From assembly GCA_947625805.1 (NCBI GenBank), contig CANQPT010000004.1, positions 13,829 through 77,828 on the forward strand: a stretch of 64,000 nt of DNA, given 5' to 3'. The DNA comes from an uncultured Clostridia bacterium (GTDB taxonomy: Bacteria; Bacillota; Clostridia; Oscillospirales; CAG-272). Below, piece after piece: positions 36,110 to 44,070 of the stretch (within the stretch, counting starts at the first letter, position 1; the number at the start of each line of letters is the position of its first letter). The position numbers were made by a program, and so were the translations under genes. The notes beneath the pieces are model-generated. The model did not search any database. It worked only from the letters and a program-made list of their open reading frames with translations, and was not told the DNA's origin.

Positions 36110-36622
36110 TTATTGATATTGTTCGAGAATGCCGTCCACGTCGTCCTTGGTCAGCCTGCCGTACACGGTGTCGTTGACTGTCAGGACCGGAGCAAGACCG
36201 CAGGCGCCGATACAGCGTGTCGCCTCAAGAGAATACTTGCCATCGGGCGAAGTTGCTCCGGGTCCGATCCCGATCTTCTCCGAAATGCGGTCGAGAATAT
36301 CGCCCGAGCCCTTGACGTAGCATGCAGTACCGAGGCATACCGCGATCGCGACAGAACCCTTTGGATTGAGTGAGAATTGGGAATAGAACGACGCAACGCC
36401 GTACACCTCTTCTAAGGGAGTGTCTGTTCCCTCTGCAACGATGCGCAGCACCTCAACGGGCAAATACCCGTAGATTTCCTGCGCTTTTTGCAGGATCGGC
36501 ATCATTGCGCCCGGTACACCGCGATACTCCTCAATGACAGCACGAAGTTGTTCTTCCTGATCTCTGGTACCGCGAAACATGACTGTTGTCAGTTTCTTCT
36601 TCATGTGATAAGTTACCTCCAC
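36110..36622 (-). CDS. hydC: NuoE-like [2Fe-2S] subunit (HydC/HndA)
   Basis: CLGTACYVKG ... CIGACGLAPV motif. Confidence 0.9.
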   Translation of the reverse strand: MEVTYHMKKKLTTVMFRGTRDQEEQLRAVIEEYRGVPGAMMPILQKAQEIYGYLPVEVLRIVAEGTDTPLEEVYGVASFYSQFSLNPKGSVAIAVCLGTACYVKGSGDILDRISEKIGIGPGATSPDGKYSLEATRCIGACGLAPVLTVNDTVYGRLTKDDVDGILEQYQ

Positions 36623-36633
36623 TTACTGTATTA

Positions 36634-37368
36634 TTATTGAAATAATAATTTGCGAAATAGATTTTTGCGCACCAAGGCGCTTGAATACGGGTCATCGTCC
36701 AGATCAAAATAAGCGACAGCATCCCGAATATCGGCAAGCCTGTGCGCGTCCGATGAACACACCGTCATACACTGCGCGATCGCAGGATAGCGCGCGGCAT
36801 ATTCCTCATAATTTTCACTGTCGTGAAACTCACAGACAGAGAAGCCGAGATAATCCGGAAAATCACCCAGAACGGACACGATCCCGTTGGATATTCGGTC
36901 CACATGAGCGGGATAGCAAACACCGCCGAAGTCACGCACCAGAGCGGGCGCGGCCTCGATGCCGATGTCGGTTGCGGAAATGAGCAATCGCTCTCTTTGG
37001 CCGAGCACTTTGTCCTCACTGTCCATCAGAAGCTGACGGCCGAAAATCCCGGGGTTATTGTCTACGGGCAGAATATGCCCGGCAACATGGCGATCAAAAC
37101 GCATTGCGTCATCTAACCGTTCAAATAAACAGACCAGGTGAATGTCCTCCGCCGTGGTAAGTTCCATGCCGGCAACGGGAATGATCCCGTATCGGCGACA
37201 GGCCTCAAAGAAGGCCGGGCAGTTGCCGCTGGTATTGTGATCGGTCAAAGCCATAATCGAAAGCCCGGCCAGCACACCCATACCCGCAATGCTGTTTGGC
37301 GTCATATCGTCGTCTGCACAAGGCGAAAGGCATGAGTGCAGGTGAAGATCATAATAATATTTGCTCAT
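36634..37368 (-). CDS. PHP-domain phosphoesterase
   Basis: YYDLHLHSCLSPCADDDMTP ... ALTDHNT. Confidence 0.8.
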   Translation of the reverse strand: MSKYYYDLHLHSCLSPCADDDMTPNSIAGMGVLAGLSIMALTDHNTSGNCPAFFEACRRYGIIPVAGMELTTAEDIHLVCLFERLDDAMRFDRHVAGHILPVDNNPGIFGRQLLMDSEDKVLGQRERLLISATDIGIEAAPALVRDFGGVCYPAHVDRISNGIVSVLGDFPDYLGFSVCEFHDSENYEEYAARYPAIAQCMTVCSSDAHRLADIRDAVAYFDLDDDPYSSALVRKNLFRKLLFQ

Positions 37369-37672
37369 GGCAGATCTGATACGTGCTGAGCGGTGAGCGC
37401 AGCAGGTTGATCCCCTGCTCTTTCGCTTTTTGCACTACCTCTTCGGAGAGCTCGGCGTCTTCGGCGATCACCACGCAGGCAACGTCTGCCATAACCGCGA
37501 CAGCCACAACGTTGACGTTGGTCATAATCGTGACCCACAAGTCTCCCGATTCGGCTCTGCCCATCACCCAACTGAGCAGGTCTCCGGCATACACGCCGGT
37601 GATCTCACGTTCCGGGCACGGCAGGGAAAGCGTCTCAAGAGCCAGCTTGGTCTTCAGTTGTGCTACCGTCAT
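37349..37672 (-). CDS. DRTGG-domain protein
   Basis: Small alpha/beta protein of the DRTGG type (VTIMTNVNVVAVAVMADVACVVIAED). Confidence 0.65.
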   Translation of the reverse strand: MTVAQLKTKLALETLSLPCPEREITGVYAGDLLSWVMGRAESGDLWVTIMTNVNVVAVAVMADVACVVIAEDAELSEEVVQKAKEQGINLLRSPLSTYQICHEQILL

Positions 37673-38954
37673 GGACTCCCTCCGTTTCTTTTTTGAGTTC
37701 TTTATACTTTTCTTTCAGGATAAAGATACACTGGGAGTCTGTGCTGTTTCCCAGCACGATGTCCTCGGCCAGCGCCCGACAGGTAGGTGAGCCGCACGCG
37801 CCGCAGTCGATCTGTGGAAATTCATCGTTTACCTGCTGAATGCGCGCCATAATCTCCATGGCCTTGCCCCGATCCTCGGACAGCCGGGCCACGGGGGTGT
37901 AGTCGATCGGCTTGTTCCAGAAATATTCTTCCGGAATGAACGTACCGCTCTCTCTGGGAGACGTATTCATGGAAACGGGAAGATACCGGCGCAGATTGGT
38001 CAGTCGCGCTTTGGCGATAAAGGGGTTTTCTATATTCAGCGTTCCGCCGACGCATCCGCCGTGGCAGGCATTGAGTTCGACAAACGCAAGATCGGACAGG
38101 TTTTCGTTCTCGATTTCCTCAAGTACCTTGATCACGTCGTCGATGCCGTCGGCCGCGAGATATTTGTCATTGAGCAGTGCGCTGGCTTCTCCGCCGCTGC
38201 CCGCCCAACTGATCCCGATGATCCCGGTCTTGGCATAGTGATCCAACCGGTCGAGATGGTTCATCACCGATACCAGTTTGAAGTATACATCCGAGATAGA
38301 AAGCACGCCGTCTACCGCCGAGCGTTCCACACCGATGGGATTGCGCACATAACTGACCTTGGCCGGACACGGTGAGATAAAGAGCACGCAGATGTCTTGA
38401 TCGGACAACTCCGGATGGAGTGCAAGCGCCTCTTCCCTTGCCAACTTTGCCGCCAGTTCGATGGGCGGCAGAATGGGAAGAAGATGATCGCTCAAAAAAG
38501 GAAAGCGCATACTGATCAGCCGCGTCACAACCGGACATGCCGACGAGATTACCGGTTTTTTGATACCCTCGCGTAAAAGATACTTGCGGGTATAATCGGA
38601 AACCAACTCGGCCGCGCGCGCGACCTCCACGACCTCGTCAAAGCCGCACTCGTACAAGCCGGAAATAATGTAATCAATATCTTCAAGCCGCTCGAACTGC
38701 CCATACAATGCGGGAGCAGGAAGGGCGATCTTGTATTTATAATCCGCGAACTTCTCAAAACGGTCGCTGGATGCCCGTTTGGCCTGATAGGGGCAGACGC
38801 GGATGCACTGCCCACAGTCGATACAGCGATCCTCGTCGATGACCGAATGGCCGTCGCGGATGCGAATCGCCTCTGTGGGACAGCGTTTCAAACAGTTGGT
38901 ACACCCCTTGCACTTTTCAGCGATCAGGGAAACAGAATGCTTGAAATTGCTCAT
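37635..38954 (-). CDS. Sensory-type [FeFe]-hydrogenase-like protein (HydS/HfsB-like) without a PAS domain
   Basis: An N-terminal 2x[4Fe-4S] ferredoxin. The H-domain motifs are altered to ISSACPVV, ISPCPAKV and ELNACHGGCVGG. The C-terminus has a 4-Cys motif (CGACGSPTCRAL...SQC). Confidence 0.8.
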   Translation of the reverse strand: MSNFKHSVSLIAEKCKGCTNCLKRCPTEAIRIRDGHSVIDEDRCIDCGQCIRVCPYQAKRASSDRFEKFADYKYKIALPAPALYGQFERLEDIDYIISGLYECGFDEVVEVARAAELVSDYTRKYLLREGIKKPVISSACPVVTRLISMRFPFLSDHLLPILPPIELAAKLAREEALALHPELSDQDICVLFISPCPAKVSYVRNPIGVERSAVDGVLSISDVYFKLVSVMNHLDRLDHYAKTGIIGISWAGSGGEASALLNDKYLAADGIDDVIKVLEEIENENLSDLAFVELNACHGGCVGGTLNIENPFIAKARLTNLRRYLPVSMNTSPRESGTFIPEEYFWNKPIDYTPVARLSEDRGKAMEIMARIQQVNDEFPQIDCGACGSPTCRALAEDIVLGNSTDSQCIFILKEKYKELKKETEGVHDGSTTEDQAGS

Positions 38955-38975
38955 ATCAAACTCCGTTTATACAAA

Positions 38976-39398
38976 TCAGATGAGCACCACCATGGTCACG
39001 GTCGTTCCCACGCCGACGGTAGACTCGATCTGCATTTGGTCGGTATTGCGCTTCATGTTGGGCAAACCCATGCCCGCTCCGAAGCCGAGCGATCGTACGT
39101 TTTCCGGCGCGGTAGAATAGCCTGCCTGCATCGCCTGATCAATATCCGCGATGCCCGGTCCGCTGTCGGAAAGCACGATGGTGATCCGGTCTTCCTCCAC
39201 GGTAACGTCGGCTGTGCCGCCGTTTGCATGGATGACCATGTTGATCTCTCCCTCATACATAGCAATGGAAACCTTGCGGATGACCTCGGGAGAAAGGGCC
39301 AATTGACGGAGCAGTTTTTTCACCTGAACAGACGCTTCACCGGCAGACGCGAAGTTATCTCCGTCCACGTCAAAATGAAAGCGTACTGCCTCGGCCAT
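38976..39398 (-). CDS. Anti-sigma-regulatory-factor-like Ser/Thr kinase (HATPase_c only)
   Basis: EGEINMVIHANGG ... DSGPGIADIDQAMQAGYST ... GFGAGMGLPNMKR. Confidence 0.75.
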   Translation of the reverse strand: MAEAVRFHFDVDGDNFASAGEASVQVKKLLRQLALSPEVIRKVSIAMYEGEINMVIHANGGTADVTVEEDRITIVLSDSGPGIADIDQAMQAGYSTAPENVRSLGFGAGMGLPNMKRNTDQMQIESTVGVGTTVTMVVLI

Positions 39399-39763
39399 CA
39401 GACTGCTTCCTCCGCAGGCTTGGCTGCGCCCCGCAGGCCGCCGGTATACAGGATACCGCAGGCCGTATACATCCGTAAATCGGAGGTAAGAACTGCGATC
39501 TCAGCCTCGCGGGCAAGGTCGAGCATTTCTTCGGTCGGCTGTTTGCCGCGCACGAACACAATGCACCGCATATCCATCATCTGCGCTGTGCGGATGACCT
39601 GCTGATTGCATAAACCCGTGAGCAGTACCGCCTGATCCTTGACATAGGCGAGTACGTCGCTCATCATATCACAACCGCACGCGGAATTGACTTCGTTTCC
39701 CAAAAGGTCATCTCCGTATACGACCTTTGCGCCGAGCAACTCGGCAACAGCGGATATTTTCAT
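39398..39763 (-). CDS. DRTGG-domain protein (first gene of the regulatory/hydrogenase operon)
   Basis: DMMSDVLAYVKDQAVLLTGLCNQQVIRTAQMMDMRCIVFVRGKQP. It overlaps the next gene by 1 nt. Confidence 0.7.
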   Translation of the reverse strand: MKISAVAELLGAKVVYGDDLLGNEVNSACGCDMMSDVLAYVKDQAVLLTGLCNQQVIRTAQMMDMRCIVFVRGKQPTEEMLDLAREAEIAVLTSDLRMYTACGILYTGGLRGAAKPAEEAV

Positions 39764-39840
39764 GCTTATCTCTCCTGCAATAAATTAAAACGCTGTGCGC
39801 GTGGCATTACATTCCCGTATATTATATCATATCAGCGGCC

Positions 39841-39879
39841 AAATTTCCACGGTTTTTTACGAAAAAAAGCGTGGAAATT
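39841..39879. promoter_or_regulatory. 39-nt near-perfect palindrome in the divergent hyd-regulatory / mrp intergenic region (candidate operator)
   Basis: AAATTTCCACGGTTTTTTACGAAAAAAAGCGTGGAAATT. The 10-bp outer arms are AATTTCCACG/CGTGGAAATT. The left arm overlaps a possible minus-strand -35 (TGGAAA-17-TATAAT, with the -10 at 39821-39826). Confidence 0.4.
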
Positions 39880-39931
39880 CTTATAATTTGCGATATTTTT
39901 TTCGTATAAAGCGATTGTTTGGCTGATAGAC

Positions 39932-39960
39932 TTGCTCAAAGCAAAAAAGTAGTGTATAAT
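39932..39960 (+). promoter_or_regulatory. Promoter of the mrp/apbC-like gene
   Basis: TTGCTC-17 nt-TATAAT. Confidence 0.55.
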
Positions 39961-39980
39961 AATATGAAGAGGTGATGATC

Positions 39981-40832
39981 ATGTCAGAAGAAATCAGCAA
40001 TGAAAATTGTTCCCACGACTGTTCTTCCTGCGCCGCCGCGGGCGGATGCGCCGGAAATCAGCCGGAAAGCCTGCTCAAAGAGCAAAATAAGGCAAGCAAC
40101 GTAAAGAAAGTCATCGGCATTGTCAGCGGCAAGGGCGGCGTCGGCAAATCGTCGATCACCGGCATGCTGTCGGTGCTTTTCCGCAGACGGGACTATAAAA
40201 CCGCAGTGTTGGACGCAGATATTACCGGGCCGTCCATTCCCAAACTGTTTCAGTTGACCGACCGGATCACGGGTGACGAGAATGGAATGAATCCCGCCCT
40301 GACCACGACGGGGATCAAAGTCATGTCGGTCAATCTGCTGCTTGAGGACGAAACCTCGCCGGTGGTCTGGCGGGGGCCGGTGATCGCGGGCACGGTCACC
40401 CAATTCTGGACCGATACCAACTGGGGAGACATCGATTATATGTTTGTGGACATGCCTCCGGGAACGGGCGACGTGCCGCTTACCGTCTTTCAATCCTTGC
40501 CCCTTGACGGAATCATCATTGTGACCAGTCCCCAGGAACTGGTATCCATGATCGTACAGAAAGCGGTCAATATGGCACAGATGATGGGCATTCCGGTGTT
40601 GGGTATCGTAGAAAATTACAGTTATGTCAAATGTCCGGACTGCGGGCGAGAACATCAGATCTTTGGTGAAAGTAAAATTGAGCAAACCGCCGAAAAATAC
40701 GGCATTGACGTACTCGCCAAACTCCCGTTGGATCCCAAACTGGCCTCTCTGTGTGACAGAGGTATGCTCGAACTCATGGAATTTGATCTTTTGGATCACG
40801 CGGTCGAAATGATCGAAGAAAAGACAAAATAA
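39981..40832 (+). CDS. Mrp/NBP35/ApbC-family Fe-S cluster carrier ATPase
   Basis: A Cys-rich N-terminus (CSHDCSSCAAAGGC), P-loop GKGGVGKSS, and the CPDCG motif. Confidence 0.85.
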   Translation: MSEEISNENCSHDCSSCAAAGGCAGNQPESLLKEQNKASNVKKVIGIVSGKGGVGKSSITGMLSVLFRRRDYKTAVLDADITGPSIPKLFQLTDRITGDENGMNPALTTTGIKVMSVNLLLEDETSPVVWRGPVIAGTVTQFWTDTNWGDIDYMFVDMPPGTGDVPLTVFQSLPLDGIIIVTSPQELVSMIVQKAVNMAQMMGIPVLGIVENYSYVKCPDCGREHQIFGESKIEQTAEKYGIDVLAKLPLDPKLASLCDRGMLELMEFDLLDHAVEMIEEKTK

Positions 40833-40833
40833 A

Positions 40834-40876
40834 GCAAGAAAACAGCGGCAGCCGACGGCAGCCGCTGTTTTCTTGC
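40834..40876. terminator. Bidirectional terminator (16-bp perfect stem) between the convergent mrp and P-type-ATPase-like genes
   Basis: GCAAGAAAACAGCGGC-loop-GCCGCTGTTTTCTTGC. Confidence 0.65.
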
Positions 40877-40911
40877 TTTCACGATCAGGCAGCAGGATCG
40901 GAAACGGAAAC

Positions 40912-43900
40912 TTACAGTTCCATATACTCTTTGATTTTCCCGGCACAGGCGACACAATCGTCAAAGCCCACGCCCGGGATGTCGCCGAGAGCGGCAATCA
41001 GCACGGCAGCGATAACCTCGAGGGTAGAGTCGGTATGGATCGCACCGGCAGCCGTATCGGCGATTTCTTCATAAGCGGTAAAGTTCTCCTGACCGGCGGG
41101 GTTCCAATCGCTCAGCGCGCACAACACAGAAAGGCGTACCAACTCCCGCATCTGCTTTTCTGCACCGGGAACTTCCGCCCGCTCCGGGAGCGGGTCGTCT
41201 TCATATTCGGCCGTCGGATTCTGCTGCTCGGCTCCGGTCTGCTCAAAGGCGGAAAGATCAGGCATAGCCTGTTTTTTCCCTTTGAAGTGCGCAAAGCGTT
41301 TCCGTTTGATTGCGGGGTGCTGCTTGCGCCAGAGGATCAATTTCCGGATCTCGATACTCACCAGCAGCAACACGGGCGGAATCAGGGACAGTAGCCAAGC
41401 GTAAGGAGCGCCGTACTCCATACCGAACGCAAGTGAAACGGCAGGCAGATTGCGTGTCAGCAGCAAAAATGCGATCAGGCAGGCAAGTGTCAAGGCAAAG
41501 ATATTGTTAAAGCCTTTTCCTGAGCGAATGATACTGCCTTCGCAGCGAAATTCCGCAAGGAAAACCATCTGGGTAAGCAGGAAAGAAACGAAGATCACAG
41601 TGTTGCCCGGAATACCGAACAGAATGCCCACGGCCCCGGTCACGGCTGTAATCAGCGCCCATATAAGGCCATAAATCAGTGAGGGCAGCAGGTGCCGGAG
41701 CGGATGCAAAAACCTGTCATCATAGCCGACCGCCTCACCTAAGATCGCGGAACGCGGGCGGTCAAAGGCAAATACGACCACCGCGGCAAAATCCACAATC
41801 AGGCCGCTGACTACAATCTGAACGGGTGCAAATGGAAAGGCACCCGAGAAAACGGAGGCTATGACCAGCAAAAGACGGGCGATCTGTGCGCAGACCAGAT
41901 AAGAAAGCATATGAAAGAGATTTTCATAGACGCTTTTTGCCACGCGGATCGACTGTACGATGGCGTTGAATCCACCGCCTCCGGAGCTGTCCGCGGCCGA
42001 GACGATTACGTCCGAGGTCAACTTGAGTGCATCGCATCCGCGACCCGCTCCATCCCGCGCACTTTTCAGCAAAATCGGAATATTTTTATCGAGCGTGTCT
42101 ACCCCGCCCTTGTCTGCACGGGCGGACAGGGTCACCGACTGACTGTATCCCACGTCGGCGTCGCTCACCACGGCAGACTCGTCCACCGATGAGCCAAGAT
42201 ATGCCACGCTCTCCCCTGCCTTTTTAAGAAGATCCACCAGTTTGCGCCTTTGCCGCGCAGACAGCCCCTCATAAACCGAATAACTCCGGATATCCGCGAC
42301 CAGCACACCCTCGTCCATCTGCGCAAATTGCTCGGCGCTCAGAATCTCGTCGTCGTTTTTGATAACGCCCAGTGCGCGCGCGGTATAGCGATGTGCCTCC
42401 GAGATCGTGTCGGTCGTCATGATGACCTTGATGCCGGCGTCAGCACACGCGCGGATCTGCTTGACGGCGTCCGGGAGCAGGGTTTCCTTGAACAGCACAA
42501 AGCCCTCGAGGGTCAGTCTGGCCTGCGCGCGGGATAGTCCGGTCAGGTCGATCACGCCGGTTTCCTTGGTTGCGACTGCGCACACCCGATACCCGCCGAT
42601 CGACATACGGTTGGCGGCAAGCAGTAACTCGTTTGTATCCGCTGTGCCGAGAATCACGCTCTCTTCCCCTTTGCGGCGATGGGTGCATTGTTCGACTAAG
42701 GACAGCGCGTCACCGCGCACCACCACCATATTTGAGCTATCCGTGTGCACCAGAGTGGTATCGTAGGGATTGTGATCCTGGGCGCTTACGTGATCCAGCA
42801 ATTGAAATTCTTTATCCAGATTATAGTTATAAAGAGAATGCTCCTGCGCACAGCAGATAATGGCATTTTCCTCGGTGGTAAAGACGTTTCTGCCCGCGCT
42901 GTTGATGCTGACAAGATTTTTGCCGCCGTAAATACCGGTCGAAATGACCGCGAGTTTGAGAATCCTTCCGCATCCCTCGGGAAAATGCGCGTCGCCCACG
43001 CCGTAGAGCACGTCGTCATAATAGACCTGCGAAAGGGATAGTTCGTCCACCAAAAAGACTCCGTCTTTGGGGGCGACAATACAACTGATCCGCTTGATCT
43101 GATCCAGTTTGGAAGAATTTTTTATAAGGGCGCCCGCGTTGATATCTTTATACTGGCGAAGGGCGCCGAACACGCCGCAGGCGACGATCATATAACCGAA
43201 TGCCATATACAACTCGGACATGGACGCCACCGCCAGCGAAAGAAAGGTCAGCATATTTTCAAACAGTCCGAGACCCGAGCCCAAGAAAAGAGATATAACC
43301 GTCAACGCAAAGACAAGGATGAGCATACCCACGCCCACACCGCCGCAGATCTTGCGCAGCCGCTCCAGCACACGGAGCTTTTCGTGAGATACGATGGGAG
43401 CATTCCGGCGCATTTTGCACACCACAGTGCCGGCCCCCGTCGTGACCACCACGGCTTTGGCCGAGCCGGACAAAACGACTGTGGAAGCAAAGACCATGTT
43501 TTTCTGCGAGCCGGTATCGAGGCCGGATGCGGCGACAAACTCCGCGTCCTTATATACGGAAGAGCCGGCCGCAATCCGACTTTCGTCAAGAATAAGATGA
43601 TCGCTCTCGATCAGGCGTGCGTCTGCGGGCACGACGTCGCCCGCGCACAGAAAAATGATATCTCCCCGCACAATCTGTTCCGAGCGCGCCATGAATAAGC
43701 GCTCCTCACGCATGAGTTTGACCACGGGAAGCGCAAACGATCCCATATTTTCGAGCACCTTTTGCGCGCGCAAAAAGACCAGCGCACAGAGCAGATAGCT
43801 GAATACGATGGTCCCTGCGATCACCACGGCACTGAAATCATGGCGGAAGATCAGGCAGATCAGAGCGGTCAGCAAAAGAAGCACCGAGGTGAAATCGGTA

Positions 43901-44070
43901 AGCATATGAAAGAGATATTCGCGGAAAAAACCCTGCGGGGTGGGAAAAACGATGTTTTTCCCATCCCGTTTGAGTCTGGCTTTTGCCTTCCGGCGGGTCA
44001 GCCCCGCAAAGCGATTGCTCTTGACCTCTTCGATCACCTGATCCGCAGAGGCGTCATAATACTTACTCAT
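40912..44070 (-). CDS. P-type (P2-like) cation ATPase homolog with all catalytic signature motifs degenerate and a soluble C-terminal extension of about 200 aa
   Basis: The fold is clearly recognisable (a Cation_ATPase_N-like start, GDVVPADARLIESDHLILDES, about 10 TM segments). However, TGES reads AAGS, PEGLP reads MSELY, DKTGT reads PKDGV, TGD reads TTD, and GDGVND reads GSSVDE. Confidence 0.8.
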   Translation of the reverse strand: MSKYYDASADQVIEEVKSNRFAGLTRRKAKARLKRDGKNIVFPTPQGFFREYLFHMLTDFTSVLLLLTALICLIFRHDFSAVVIAGTIVFSYLLCALVFLRAQKVLENMGSFALPVVKLMREERLFMARSEQIVRGDIIFLCAGDVVPADARLIESDHLILDESRIAAGSSVYKDAEFVAASGLDTGSQKNMVFASTVVLSGSAKAVVVTTGAGTVVCKMRRNAPIVSHEKLRVLERLRKICGGVGVGMLILVFALTVISLFLGSGLGLFENMLTFLSLAVASMSELYMAFGYMIVACGVFGALRQYKDINAGALIKNSSKLDQIKRISCIVAPKDGVFLVDELSLSQVYYDDVLYGVGDAHFPEGCGRILKLAVISTGIYGGKNLVSINSAGRNVFTTEENAIICCAQEHSLYNYNLDKEFQLLDHVSAQDHNPYDTTLVHTDSSNMVVVRGDALSLVEQCTHRRKGEESVILGTADTNELLLAANRMSIGGYRVCAVATKETGVIDLTGLSRAQARLTLEGFVLFKETLLPDAVKQIRACADAGIKVIMTTDTISEAHRYTARALGVIKNDDEILSAEQFAQMDEGVLVADIRSYSVYEGLSARQRRKLVDLLKKAGESVAYLGSSVDESAVVSDADVGYSQSVTLSARADKGGVDTLDKNIPILLKSARDGAGRGCDALKLTSDVIVSAADSSGGGGFNAIVQSIRVAKSVYENLFHMLSYLVCAQIARLLLVIASVFSGAFPFAPVQIVVSGLIVDFAAVVVFAFDRPRSAILGEAVGYDDRFLHPLRHLLPSLIYGLIWALITAVTGAVGILFGIPGNTVIFVSFLLTQMVFLAEFRCEGSIIRSGKGFNNIFALTLACLIAFLLLTRNLPAVSLAFGMEYGAPYAWLLSLIPPVLLLVSIEIRKLILWRKQHPAIKRKRFAHFKGKKQAMPDLSAFEQTGAEQQNPTAEYEDDPLPERAEVPGAEKQMRELVRLSVLCALSDWNPAGQENFTAYEEIADTAAGAIHTDSTLEVIAAVLIAALGDIPGVGFDDCVACAGKIKEYMEL

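Noticed and set aside
39841-39879. Rex (redox repressor) operator at the hydrogenase promoter
   Set aside because: The palindrome half-sites (TTTCCACG) do not resemble the TTGTGAA/TTGTTAA-type half-sites known for Rex. It is reported as an unassigned operator candidate instead.
39984-40997. 337-aa minus-strand ORF overlapping the mrp/apbC-like gene
   Set aside because: The plus-strand product has a P-loop and conserved Mrp motifs. The antisense product has none, and it crosses the bidirectional terminator.
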